A stretch of 64,000 bases of DNA from an uncultured Candidatus Saccharibacteria bacterium (lineage in GTDB: Bacteria > Patescibacteriota > Minisyncoccia > Phycocordibacterales > UBA9973): contig CAYYSG010000001.1 in the NCBI GenBank assembly GCA_964474375.1, forward strand, positions 84,196 through 148,195, written 5' to 3'. The notes below the pieces were generated by a model, which did not search any database, was not told where the DNA came from, and was given only the letters and a program-made list of their open reading frames with translations. Positions 38,464 through 47,787 of the stretch are shown one piece after another. The position numbers and the translations under genes were made by a program. Numbering within the stretch: position 1 is the stretch's first letter; each line of letters begins with the position of its first letter.

Positions 38464-38555
38464 ATTTTTCCAACCTAGAAAAATCACGCATAAAAGATGT
38501 TTTATTGTAAATGAAATATCTTTAGGCGCGTTCCTTAATAACCAAGAGTCTAGGT

Positions 38556-38587
38556 TTGACGAAAAGCTGATTAAATGCTAATATAAT
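38556..38587 (+). promoter_or_regulatory. Strong sigma70-like promoter for rpsN-...-map unit (TTGACG-17-TAATAT/TATAAT), ~135-nt leader
   Basis: TTGACG 38556-38561; taatataat 38579-38587. Confidence 0.5.
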
Positions 38588-38717
38588 TAGGTACTCTGAA
38601 AAAGCATAGTCCGTTGATCTCCTTTAGTATTTCGTCATTTTTGGCAATATATTAAAGAAAATCTGCGAGAAACATGCAGAAAACTAAGAGTATTTAGAAG
38701 TTAATATAATATAGCAA

Positions 38718-38987
38718 ATGGCAAAAACATCTGTCGTTGCACGTAATGCAAAGCGTGCGCGTCTTATTGCACAGTACGCTAAAAAGCGAACTGAACTCAA
38801 AGCAAAGGGTGACTACGAAGGTCTGCGCAAGCTTCCTCGTAACTCAAACCCGATCCGCTACAAAAACCGTTGTGCGCTCACTGGTCGAGCACACGGCTAC
38901 ATCCGTGACTTCGGGCTATCTCGCATTGCTTTCCGCGAACTAGCTAACGAAGGAGTATTACCAGGCGTACGTAAATCTTCTTGGTAA
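38718..38987 (+). CDS. rpsN: 30S ribosomal protein S14 (89 aa, non-zinc-ribbon type)
   Basis: [24 protein letters not shown]...[40 protein letters not shown]; no CxxC pairs. Confidence 0.85.
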   Translation: MAKTSVVARNAKRARLIAQYAKKRTELKAKGDYEGLRKLPRNSNPIRYKNRCALTGRAHGYIRDFGLSRIAFRELANEGVLPGVRKSSW

Positions 38988-38988
38988 T

Positions 38989-39375
38989 ATGAGTCCAATA
39001 GCAAATTTCCTAATAAAACTAAAAAACGCTTCTCGTGTTAAGCACGAAAGTGTTACTTTCCCATACTCAAAATTCATACACGCAATTGCGTCATGTTTAT
39101 TGCGTGCTGGGTACATTGTTTCTTTTGAAAAGAAAAACAAAAAAGCAGGTGAAGAACTAGTTGTTGTACTTAAATACACAGACGGTACTCCACGTATCAG
39201 CGATGTTACTTTGGTTTCAAAGTCATCAGCTCGTAAATACGTTGGTGTTAAAGACATTCATCCTGTTAAAAATGGTTTCGGTATTATGGTTCTTTCTACA
39301 CCAAAAGGAATCCTAACTGACACTGAAGCGAAAAAAGAATTGGTCGGAGGTGAAGCATTATTTAAAGTCTGGTAA
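38989..39375 (+). CDS. rpsH: 30S ribosomal protein S8
   Basis: SPIANFLIKLKNASRVKHESVTFPYSK...; position. Confidence 0.9.
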   Translation: MSPIANFLIKLKNASRVKHESVTFPYSKFIHAIASCLLRAGYIVSFEKKNKKAGEELVVVLKYTDGTPRISDVTLVSKSSARKYVGVKDIHPVKNGFGIMVLSTPKGILTDTEAKKELVGGEALFKVW

Positions 39376-39383
39376 TTGAATTT

Positions 39384-39920
39384 ATGTCAAGAATAGGAAA
39401 ATTAATACTCCCTGTACCAAATGATGTAACTGTTTCAGTATCTGGCAGTGTATTTACTGTCAAAGGTCCAAAAGGAGAACTTACTCGTGATTTCAAAACT
39501 GATTTAATCAGTGTTGTTATCAATGGTAGTGAAATATCTTTCACAAAAAATGTTGATACTATAGAATCTCGCGCAATGTGGGGGACTGTGGCATCACACG
39601 TTCGTAACATGTTAACAGGTGTAACAACTGGTTTTACTAAAAAACTAATCCTAGAAGGAGTCGGTTTCAAAAGTGAAGTCAAAGGTGACAGTCTAGATTT
39701 AGCGCTTGGTTTTTCACACCCAGTAAAAATCCCTGTACCAACTGGTCTTACTGTTACAGCTGAAAAGAACGTTGTAACTGTTAGCGGTACTGACAAAGAA
39801 TTAGTAGGTAGTTTTACTGCAGGCGTCAGAGGCATGAAGAAACCAGAACCATATAAAGGTAAAGGTTTCCGTTATGATAATGAAGTTATTCGTCGCAAGC
39901 AAGGTAAAAAATCAGCATAG
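39384..39920 (+). CDS. rplF: 50S ribosomal protein L6
   Basis: MSRIGKLILPVPNDVTVSVSGSVFTVKGPKGEL. Confidence 0.9.
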   Translation: MSRIGKLILPVPNDVTVSVSGSVFTVKGPKGELTRDFKTDLISVVINGSEISFTKNVDTIESRAMWGTVASHVRNMLTGVTTGFTKKLILEGVGFKSEVKGDSLDLALGFSHPVKIPVPTGLTVTAEKNVVTVSGTDKELVGSFTAGVRGMKKPEPYKGKGFRYDNEVIRRKQGKKSA

Positions 39921-39923
39921 CCT

Positions 39924-40274
39924 ATGAAAACAAATAATCTAAAACAAGAAAAGCGTTCACGCTTAAAGAAGAAAATCCGCAGTCGTGTTAATGGCACAGC
40001 GGAACGTCCACGCCTAACAGTCTTCAAATCAAATGTGCATATTTATGCTCAATTGGTTGATGATATGAGTGGTAAAACAATAGCTCAATCTTCCGATATG
40101 AAAATCAAAAGTGGTACATACAGAGAAAGAGCAGTTATGGTCGGTAAAGAAATAGGCTCTATTGCATTAAAGGCAGGTATTGATACTGTGGTCTTTGATC
40201 GTAATGGTTATAAGTATACAGGTCACATTGCGGCATTAGCAGACGCGGCACGCGAAAGTGGTCTAAAGTTTTAA
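39924..40274 (+). CDS. rplR: 50S ribosomal protein L18
   Basis: RPRLTVFKSNVHIYAQLVDD; position. Confidence 0.85.
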   Translation: MKTNNLKQEKRSRLKKKIRSRVNGTAERPRLTVFKSNVHIYAQLVDDMSGKTIAQSSDMKIKSGTYRERAVMVGKEIGSIALKAGIDTVVFDRNGYKYTGHIAALADAARESGLKF

Positions 40275-40278
40275 TTAT

Positions 40279-41001
40279 ATGGCAGAAGAAAATAACAAAC
40301 CCCAAGAAGCTCCAGTAGCGAAAGCTGCTGCAGCTCAGCCAACAAGACCAGCAGGAGCTCCTCGTCCAGCTGGACAGCGTCCACCATTTAGACCAGCATT
40401 TCGTCCAGGTCAAGGTGGATCAAGTTTCCCTCAAAAAAGAAGAATCGTTCGCGGTGACAAACCACAAGGTGGCAAGCCAGGCTCTAGACAAGACAACCCT
40501 CGTGGTGGTAGACCAGAACGTCCTCGTAGTGAATACGAACAAAAAATGATCGACATCCGTCGCGTAACCCGTGTTACTACTGGTGGTCGTCGTATGAGTT
40601 TCGCTGTAGCTCTAGTAATTGGTGATAAAAAAGGCTTAGTAGGTCTTGGTACTGGTAAAGGTGCTGACACTGCTATCGCTATTGCCAAAGCTCTAAAGCA
40701 AGCAAAAAAGAATCTAATCAAAATTAATCTTACAGACAAAATGTCTCTACCTCGCGAAGTTGACGCTAAATTCAGTGCATCTTCAGTTGTGCTTCGTCCA
40801 AATAAAGCAAAAGGTATGGTGGCTGGTTCATCTATCCGTGATATCCTAACTTTGGCTGGTGTACAAGACGTAACAGCAAAGATTAATTCTGGTAGTAAGA
40901 ACAAACTTTCAAATGCACGTGCTGCTATGAAAGCATTATTAAAGATTGGTAAACCAGCTCCTGTATACAGTGCAGCAGCTAGTGATGCCTTTACTTCATA
41001 A
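40279..41001 (+). CDS. rpsE: 30S ribosomal protein S5 with ~80-aa Pro/Ala/Arg/Gly-rich N-terminal extension
   Basis: IDIRRVTRVTTGGRRMSFAVALVIGDKKGLVGLGTGKGADTAIAIAKA. Confidence 0.85.
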   Translation: MAEENNKPQEAPVAKAAAAQPTRPAGAPRPAGQRPPFRPAFRPGQGGSSFPQKRRIVRGDKPQGGKPGSRQDNPRGGRPERPRSEYEQKMIDIRRVTRVTTGGRRMSFAVALVIGDKKGLVGLGTGKGADTAIAIAKALKQAKKNLIKINLTDKMSLPREVDAKFSASSVVLRPNKAKGMVAGSSIRDILTLAGVQDVTAKINSGSKNKLSNARAAMKALLKIGKPAPVYSAAASDAFTS

Positions 41002-41018
41002 TCTATTATTTTTATTTT

Positions 41019-41450
41019 ATGCAAAAAAATAGTTTACAACCCAAAACACCATTGAAGAAAAGCAAGCTAGTTGGTCGCGGTGGCAAACGTGGCAAAACAG
41101 CTGGCCGTGGTACAAAAGGTCAATCAGCTCGTGCTGGTAACAAAAAAAGACCAGAACTTCGTGACATCATCAAAAAGTTGCCAAAACTTCGTGGTTACAG
41201 ATTCAACAAAATAGGCCACGGTACTAAATCAGTTACACTTGCTCAACTTGAAAAAGTTATAACAGCAGGTGAAAAAATAACACCAACAATTCTTGTTGCA
41301 AAAGGCATCATTAGTAATGTTGGTGGAAAAGTTCCTATGATTAAAATCCTTGGAACTGGATCAATTACAAAATCAGCTACTTTCACAGGCTTTACTATGT
41401 CAGCTTCCGCAAAAGAAGCTATAGAAAAAGCAGGGGGTGTAGTAAAATAA
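41019..41450 (+). CDS. rplO: 50S ribosomal protein L15 (directly follows rpsE; no rpmD/L30 between)
   Basis: KLVGRGGKRGKTAGRGTKGQSARAG. Confidence 0.85.
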   Translation: MQKNSLQPKTPLKKSKLVGRGGKRGKTAGRGTKGQSARAGNKKRPELRDIIKKLPKLRGYRFNKIGHGTKSVTLAQLEKVITAGEKITPTILVAKGIISNVGGKVPMIKILGTGSITKSATFTGFTMSASAKEAIEKAGGVVK

Positions 41451-41454
41451 AATT

Positions 41455-42732
41455 ATGAACAACATCATCCGCACATTGACTAAAATCTGGAAAGACAAAC
41501 GCTTGCTTAAAAAGATAGCTTTTATAGTATTCGTTATTTTCTTGTTCCGACTTTTGTCTAACATACCTATTCCAGGTGCGGATCCGTTTCGACTAACACA
41601 ATTCTTGGATGCGGATTCTTTCCTAGGGGTGTTTAACTTGCTCTCTGGTGGTGGATTGTCATCTCTGTCTATCATAATGCTAGGAGTAGGTCCTTATATT
41701 ACTGCTTCTATTATCATGCAACTTCTTTCATTTGTTTCGCCAAAGGTTAAATCAATGTATCAAGAAGAAGGTGACATGGGGCGCAAAAAAGTTCACCAGT
41801 ATACTCGTCTTATTACAGTGCCCTTAGCTATTCTTCAAAGTGTGTCTCTTATGGCATTACTATCAAGACAAGGCGTATTGCCACAATTCACCATGATTGA
41901 TATGGTTATCAACACTGCTGTCGCAGTCGGTGGTGCATTCTTGATACTTTGGATCGCTGATTTGGCTACTGAATTTGGACTAGGTAATGGTACTTCATTG
42001 ATAATTTTTGCTGGTATCGTAGCTTCTATTCCTCAGTATGCTTCACAAATCGCTCTTAACTGGAATCCAGCTGATATAGTAACATATATAATATATGGAA
42101 TAATCGCAGTACTTCTTATTGCTGGTGTTATATTTATAACCGAAGCCGAAAGACCAGTACCTGTAACTTATGCTCGTCAGTCTCAAGCCGGAGGTAGGGT
42201 GTTCGGAGCAACTCAGACTTATTTACCACTACGTGTTAACCAAGCTGGTGTTATTCCAATCATCTTTGCTTTGTCTATTCTGCTATTTCCTCAAATAGTT
42301 GGTGGTTTAATCCAGAATAGTACTAATGCAAATTTGGCAAAAATAGGAGATTCTCTTATTCAATTCACGCAGTCTACTTGGGAATATAGTATCGCTTACT
42401 TCCTTTTGGTTGTAATGTTTACTTTCTTCTATACAGCTGTAACATTTGATCCAAAGCAAATTAGTGAAAATTTGCAGCGTAGCGGTGCATTTATCCCAGG
42501 TATTCGTCCTGGTATACCAACACGTGATTATCTTTCACACATTGTGACTCGTATAACATTAGTTGGCTCAGTTTTCTTGGGTATTGTTGCAGTGCTTCCA
42601 CTTGTTGCTCGTGCAATCTCAGGTAATCAGGCATTGTCTATTGGCGGTACCGCTCTTCTGATCGTTGTGTCTGTGGTTATTGATTTAATCAAAAAGACTG
42701 AATCGCATCTATCTACTAGTGAATATTTTTAA
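41455..42732 (+). CDS. secY: Preprotein translocase subunit SecY
   Basis: 10 TM helices; KKIAFIVFVIFLFRLLSNIPIPG; position after rplO. Confidence 0.9.
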   Translation: MNNIIRTLTKIWKDKRLLKKIAFIVFVIFLFRLLSNIPIPGADPFRLTQFLDADSFLGVFNLLSGGGLSSLSIIMLGVGPYITASIIMQLLSFVSPKVKSMYQEEGDMGRKKVHQYTRLITVPLAILQSVSLMALLSRQGVLPQFTMIDMVINTAVAVGGAFLILWIADLATEFGLGNGTSLIIFAGIVASIPQYASQIALNWNPADIVTYIIYGIIAVLLIAGVIFITEAERPVPVTYARQSQAGGRVFGATQTYLPLRVNQAGVIPIIFALSILLFPQIVGGLIQNSTNANLAKIGDSLIQFTQSTWEYSIAYFLLVVMFTFFYTAVTFDPKQISENLQRSGAFIPGIRPGIPTRDYLSHIVTRITLVGSVFLGIVAVLPLVARAISGNQALSIGGTALLIVVSVVIDLIKKTESHLSTSEYF

Positions 42733-42748
42733 AAATATTCAAAAACAC

Positions 42749-42783
42749 AAAACCCGGCATTAATTTGCCGGGTTTTGTTTTTT
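42749..42783 (+). terminator. Intrinsic terminator after secY
   Basis: aaaacccggca-ttaatt-tgccgggttttgtttttt. Confidence 0.65.
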
Positions 42784-42810
42784 CGCCTTTTTGGGTTAAG
42801 ATGTTTAAGT

Positions 42811-43410
42811 ATGAAAGAAAAAAAGCCACTAAATTTCGCCTTTTTGGGTATTGCTGGGTCCGGTAAGGGAACTCAGGTTGATCTCTTAATTAAATACCTT
42901 AAAGACAACAACATAAGCGACGATATAATTCACGCATATTTAGGGCAAGAATTCAGAAACATTGCAAAATCTGACACCGCGACTAGTCATATAATTGCTA
43001 ATCTTATTGATGAAGGTAAAATGGTGCCAAACTTTTTTACAGATGCAGTTTTCTTAAATTTACTAATATCACGTCTCAAGGAAGATACTTTTGTAATTAC
43101 CGACGGTTATCCTCGGTCAGTCGAACAGTCTTTGACGTTCGAGCGCACAATGCATTTTTATGGTCGTGATATCATTCATGTCGTTTATATTAAAGTTTCC
43201 AAAGAAGAAGCCATCAAAAGAATGAAATTACGTAACCGCAAAGACGATACTGACGAAGGTATCGAGCAAAGAGTAGAATTCTTCTTGGCTAACATTGACC
43301 CAGCTATTGTTTACTACAATAATAAGCCTAATTACGTGGTCCATATCATAAACGGGGAGCAGTCTATAGAAGATGTTCATAGCGATATCATCAAATCTCT
43401 AGGTATATAG
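42811..43410 (+). CDS. adk: Adenylate kinase
   Basis: P-loop FLGIAGSGKGTQ; start placed at first ATG (MKEKKPLNFAFLG) because ORF-track TTG start 42775 lies inside the secY terminator. Confidence 0.8.
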   Translation: MKEKKPLNFAFLGIAGSGKGTQVDLLIKYLKDNNISDDIIHAYLGQEFRNIAKSDTATSHIIANLIDEGKMVPNFFTDAVFLNLLISRLKEDTFVITDGYPRSVEQSLTFERTMHFYGRDIIHVVYIKVSKEEAIKRMKLRNRKDDTDEGIEQRVEFFLANIDPAIVYYNNKPNYVVHIINGEQSIEDVHSDIIKSLGI

Positions 43411-43461
43411 GTGGATCGCTTTATCATGTACAAAATCATATTTTTGTGTTAAAGTATATTC

Positions 43462-44229
43462 GTGATAACGATAAAAACTAAAGAAGATATAGAAGTCTTA
43501 AAACAAGGTGGACAGCGTCTAGCCGAAGCTCTAGCTGAAGTTGTCAAGCATGTTGCCCCTGGAGTCAGTACTAAATATCTTGATCAAATTTTTGAATCTA
43601 AAGTTAGGGAATTAGGAGGAGACCCGGCTTTTTTGGGCTATCGTCCCGAAGGTGTTAGTCGGCCTTATCCGGCATCACTTTGTACATCGGTAAATGATAC
43701 TGTTGTTCATGGCATACCTAATGCCGATCATATTCTAAAAGAAGGTGACATTATTACGATCGACGGTGGTATGGTTTATGGTGGGCTATATACTGACCAT
43801 GCAATATCCGTGCCAGTAGGTAATGTGTCTCTTGAAGCAATAAAACTCATCAGAGCCACCAAGGAAGCTCTGTATGCCGGAATTAGCGCAGTTCGTGCTG
43901 GTAACTATACAGGCGACATTGGTCACGCAATAGAGAAGTTTGTAAAACCATACAAATTCGGAATCGTGCGGGAACTAGCAGGTCACGGTGTTGGTTATAA
44001 AGTCCATGAAGACCCATATGTTCCTAACTATGGCAAACCTAAAACTGGCACACTACTAAAAGCTGGCATGGTCATAGCCATCGAGCCTATGTTAAACGCT
44101 GGGACAAGATTCGTTTCATTTTCCCGTGATGGTTATACTGTAAAAACCAAAGACCATGCACTATCATGCCACTTTGAACACACAGTGCTTGTTACTGAAA
44201 CAGGCTACGAAATACTAACTGAAATTTAA
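43462..44229 (+). CDS. map: Methionine aminopeptidase type I (GTG start)
   Basis: MITIKTKEDIEVLKQGGQRLAEA; metal ligands D..D..H..E..E pattern (DGG..YGGLYTDHAISVPVG; HGVGYKVHEDP; AIEPM; HFEHTVLVTETG). Confidence 0.85.
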   Translation: MITIKTKEDIEVLKQGGQRLAEALAEVVKHVAPGVSTKYLDQIFESKVRELGGDPAFLGYRPEGVSRPYPASLCTSVNDTVVHGIPNADHILKEGDIITIDGGMVYGGLYTDHAISVPVGNVSLEAIKLIRATKEALYAGISAVRAGNYTGDIGHAIEKFVKPYKFGIVRELAGHGVGYKVHEDPYVPNYGKPKTGTLLKAGMVIAIEPMLNAGTRFVSFSRDGYTVKTKDHALSCHFEHTVLVTETGYEILTEI

Positions 44230-44235
44230 TTTTTT

Positions 44236-44321
44236 AAATAGCACAAATAAAAAATACTAACGCTCGCTGGTCCTCGCTATGCTGCGGAAACTCGCTAAAG
44301 TATTTTTTATTTGTGCTATTT
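44236..44321. repeat. Perfect 22-bp inverted repeat (AT-rich arms) flanking a 41-bp GC-rich spacer
   Basis: aaatagcacaaataaaaaatact ...(aacgctcgctggtcctcgctatgctgcggaaactcgctaa)... agtattttttatttgtgctattt. Confidence 0.7.
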
Positions 44322-44387
44322 TTCTTATAATAAAAACAGTGTAATTGAGCAAGGTCTTATAATAAAATTATGTTATAATTTTTTTAT

Positions 44388-47144
44388 ATGGAAACATTTT
44401 CTCCTATGGTTGTTCCTTCATTTGAATCTCACGAAGAAGAGATTGCTTTTCTTCGTAGCGAGTTAGCCAAAAGAGAATCCGAAATAAACGAAAGCGGAAT
44501 TGAACCAAACAAAGAAAAGCTAGCACATGCTACAGTTGTGGACTACAAGCAGTCATTAAATGACGTGCCGATACCTCCTAATATGCAAATACCGCATACT
44601 GAACACAACGAACTGGTCCTACGCCTCAAGCCCGAAAACCATGACAATACAATGGAAGAACTTCTTTCCATAATGCTCAGCAAGGGAATAAACTCGGCTT
44701 TAAAAATAGTACAAGAACTAAACAATCCACATATTGATGCTGATTTTCATCGATTCTTGGTGCAGTATTTATGCGAAACACATTCATTGCCTGGTATCAA
44801 AGACACTAGCGAACTATGGCGCGCCATCGATATGCGTCTTTTTGAAATAACCTTGCCCGAGCCAGAAGAAGGCCTGGATGCATCTAACTTCAAATCCTTG
44901 ATTAATTCCATGGAGCAGTTTTATTTAGGTATGCATTCAGTTGCTGATTCGAAGAATAACAAAGAAAGAGCTCATTTTTCTTTAGAAATAGTTTTAGCTG
45001 ACAACACCGACCATATAGTTTTCTATGCTGCGGTTCCAGCTGACAAAGCAATGCTTCTGGAAAAACACGTATTAGGTGTTCATCCCAAAGCTCGAATAAA
45101 CGAAATACCAGACGATTATAATATATTTCCGGAAGACCGAGGTGGGGTATCGGCATCGTATGGGACTTTGAAAAACTATGAAGTTTTCCCAATTCGAACT
45201 TTTGAAGCCTTTGACTACGACCCGTTGAATATTCTTATTAATGTGTTTACTAAAATGAAACGTAGTGGCGAAGGTGCTGCTGTGCAAATAGTAATATCAC
45301 CACAAGACGAACAATATGTTGATAGATATCACAAAATCCTAGAAGATGTTAAAAAAGGCTCCAAGCTCAAGGATTTGATGCGTTCACAACTTAGTCAAAT
45401 AGCATCAGACTTTGGTTCTTTGGCACTGAATATTTTTAAATCTGAAAGTAAAGACAAAAAAGAAGAAGAAAAAGTCATCGACAACGAAGCCATAGGTTAT
45501 ATCGAACAAAAGGTCAAAACCACAATCATGGGCGCGAATATCCGTATTGTTACTGCCGCTGCTACTATTGATCGAGCTAAAACAATCCGCAAGGAAATAG
45601 AATCCGGTTTCAACCAGTTTTCCGAAGCTCATAGGAACAGTATAAATTTTGAAGAAATAAATACTTCCAAAATGGGGCAGTTCCTGCACGAGTATACTTA
45701 TCGTTTGTTTAACAAATCACTAGTAATGCCTCTTAACATAACAGAGCTTGCTACTGTTTTGCATTTTCCTTATTCTATCGAAGGCTCACCACAGCTCAAA
45801 CAAGCCAAAGCCGCCGGTAGTCCAGCACCTATTGAAATGGGCGACATGGATCCGGCTGACGGCATACTGCTGGGCTATAATACATACCGCGGTGTAACTA
45901 CGCCTATATTCATGAGGCGCGAAGACCGCATGCGTCATTTCTACGTAATCGGTCAAACCGGTACTGGTAAATCTGGAATACTGCGTACTATGATAGCTCA
46001 GGATATTGCGAATGGTGACGGCTGTTGTTTCATTGACCCACACGGTAGCGACATTCAGGATATACTATCATACATTCCTAAAGAGCGAATTGACGATGTT
46101 ATTTATTTTGACCCTGCTTATACTCCGCGTCCTATGGGTCTAAATATGCTGGAATTCGACCCTAAGTATCCCGAACAAAAAACCATGGTCATTGATTCTT
46201 TGATGGCTATGTTTAACCAGCTCTTTGATTTAAAAACAACCGGTGGGCCGCTTTTTGAACAGTATTTTAAAAATTCTGCCATGCTAGTCATGGACCATCC
46301 AGAGTCGGGTAATACACTGCTTGAGATTACTCGGGTTTTGGCTGACAAAGAATTCCGTGATATGAAAATGTCACATTGTAAAAACCCAATTGTAAAACAG
46401 TTTTGGAAGTCAGCCGAGGAAACAACAGGGGATCAATCATTGGCTAACTTCGTGCCATATATTTCATCCAAATTCGACCCACTAATTTCGAACGAATTCT
46501 TGCGTCCAATAATCGTGCAGGAAAAATCAATCTTCAATATCCGTGAAATCATGGACAATAAAAAGATTTTGCTTGTGAATTTATCCAAAGGACGCCTAGG
46601 GGAATTAAATGCTAATTTGATTGGTATGATACTAGTTATGAAATTCCAAATGGCAGCGCTATCACGAGCTGACTCATATGGACAAAAAGTTAATGACTTT
46701 TATTTATATATCGATGAATTCCAGAACGTCACAACTCCAGCTATTTCGTCTATTCTTTCCGAAGCTCGTAAATATCGTTTGTCATTAAACATGGCACATC
46801 AATACATTTCACAGCTAGACGAAGGCATAAAAGGTGCGGTGTTTGGTAACGTGGGGTCCAAGGCATGTTTTCGTGTGTCCCCAGAAGATGCGGAATTTAT
46901 GCAAAAGCAGTTTGAACCTGTCTTTAATTCTGCTGACATAATGAAGCTCGATAACCGCTGTGCATACATGTCGATGCTGTATAAAGGTCAACCAGTAAAA
47001 CCATTTGATTTAGTTACCGCTGACAATCCACCAAGTAATACTCAAATCGTGCCAGTTCTTAAAGAATTATCTTATCTTCGATATGGCCGCGACCGCGACG
47101 AAGTAGAAGCCGAAATAATGGCAAAGTATAATAAATCTGCATAG
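44388..47144 (+). CDS. P-loop ATPase of the TraG/TraD/VirD4 (type IV secretion coupling protein)-like, FtsK/HerA superfamily; soluble 450-aa N-domain, no TM
   Basis: Walker A GQTGTGKSG, Walker B LYIDEFQNV, C-terminal TraG-D_C-like motif EARKYRLSLNMAHQYISQLDEGIKGAVFGNVGSKACFRV. Confidence 0.6.
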   Translation: METFSPMVVPSFESHEEEIAFLRSELAKRESEINESGIEPNKEKLAHATVVDYKQSLNDVPIPPNMQIPHTEHNELVLRLKPENHDNTMEELLSIMLSKGINSALKIVQELNNPHIDADFHRFLVQYLCETHSLPGIKDTSELWRAIDMRLFEITLPEPEEGLDASNFKSLINSMEQFYLGMHSVADSKNNKERAHFSLEIVLADNTDHIVFYAAVPADKAMLLEKHVLGVHPKARINEIPDDYNIFPEDRGGVSASYGTLKNYEVFPIRTFEAFDYDPLNILINVFTKMKRSGEGAAVQIVISPQDEQYVDRYHKILEDVKKGSKLKDLMRSQLSQIASDFGSLALNIFKSESKDKKEEEKVIDNEAIGYIEQKVKTTIMGANIRIVTAAATIDRAKTIRKEIESGFNQFSEAHRNSINFEEINTSKMGQFLHEYTYRLFNKSLVMPLNITELATVLHFPYSIEGSPQLKQAKAAGSPAPIEMGDMDPADGILLGYNTYRGVTTPIFMRREDRMRHFYVIGQTGTGKSGILRTMIAQDIANGDGCCFIDPHGSDIQDILSYIPKERIDDVIYFDPAYTPRPMGLNMLEFDPKYPEQKTMVIDSLMAMFNQLFDLKTTGGPLFEQYFKNSAMLVMDHPESGNTLLEITRVLADKEFRDMKMSHCKNPIVKQFWKSAEETTGDQSLANFVPYISSKFDPLISNEFLRPIIVQEKSIFNIREIMDNKKILLVNLSKGRLGELNANLIGMILVMKFQMAALSRADSYGQKVNDFYLYIDEFQNVTTPAISSILSEARKYRLSLNMAHQYISQLDEGIKGAVFGNVGSKACFRVSPEDAEFMQKQFEPVFNSADIMKLDNRCAYMSMLYKGQPVKPFDLVTADNPPSNTQIVPVLKELSYLRYGRDRDEVEAEIMAKYNKSA

Positions 47145-47206
47145 TAGGCTGGTGTTTTAAGTGTTTTTTTGCTACTATAACGCTATAAAAGTAATCAAAT
47201 AATAAT

Positions 47207-47674
47207 ATGCAAACTGAACGCTCTCTTATAATCCTAAAACCTGACTGTATTCAACGTAATCTTGTTGGTGATATAATATCTCGTTTTGAGAAAAAAGGTC
47301 TTAAAATCGTGGGTATGAAAATGATGCAAGTGTCTGATGTTTTACTAGAAGAGCATTATTTACACATTAAAGACAAACCATTTTTCCCAGGGATCCGTGA
47401 TTTTATGAAATCATCTCCGGTAATAGTTATGGCATTAGAAGGTGTCGGTATTATAGATTCAATTCGTATTATCGTAGGCCCAACAAAAGGCTATTCAGCT
47501 GACGGTGGTACAATTCGTGGGGATTATTCTATGAGTACTCAATCAAATCTTGTCCATGCTTCTGATTCACTTGATGCTGGTATTGCTGAAATAAAAAGAT
47601 TCTTCAAAGAAGAAGAACTTTATACTTATAAAAAAATTGATACTGATTTGATATATTCTGAACACGTTGTATAA
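47207..47674 (+). CDS. ndk: Nucleoside diphosphate kinase
   Basis: ERSLIILKPDCIQRNLVGDIISRFEKKGLKIVGMKMMQV...; active-site HASD (NLVHASDSLD). Confidence 0.9.
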   Translation: MQTERSLIILKPDCIQRNLVGDIISRFEKKGLKIVGMKMMQVSDVLLEEHYLHIKDKPFFPGIRDFMKSSPVIVMALEGVGIIDSIRIIVGPTKGYSADGGTIRGDYSMSTQSNLVHASDSLDAGIAEIKRFFKEEELYTYKKIDTDLIYSEHVV

Positions 47675-47715
47675 AAATTTTTTAAATAAATAATAAAAAA
47701 ACTTATTCGTCTAGA

Positions 47716-47744
47716 TTGACCTTTTCTTTAGATTCGATAAAATA
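47716..47744 (+). promoter_or_regulatory. Candidate promoter TTGACC-16-TAAAAT (a second candidate TTGACA-17-TATGTT at 47758-47786)
   Basis: Hexamers read directly from sequence. Confidence 0.4.
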
Positions 47745-47773
47745 TATTTAGGATTATTTGACATATTATTCTA

Positions 47774-47787
47774 GAACATATATGTTC
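47774..47787. promoter_or_regulatory. Perfect 14-bp palindrome GAACATATATGTTC (operator-like) overlapping -10 of the second candidate promoter
   Basis: gaacatatatgttc; resembles but differs from GAAC-N4-GTTC SOS boxes (N6 spacer here). Confidence 0.4.

Noticed and set aside
40431-41024. 197-aa minus-strand ORF overlapping rpsE
   Set aside because: rpsE on the plus strand is unambiguous; the antisense ORF arises from the GC-richer Pro/Arg/Gly extension region.
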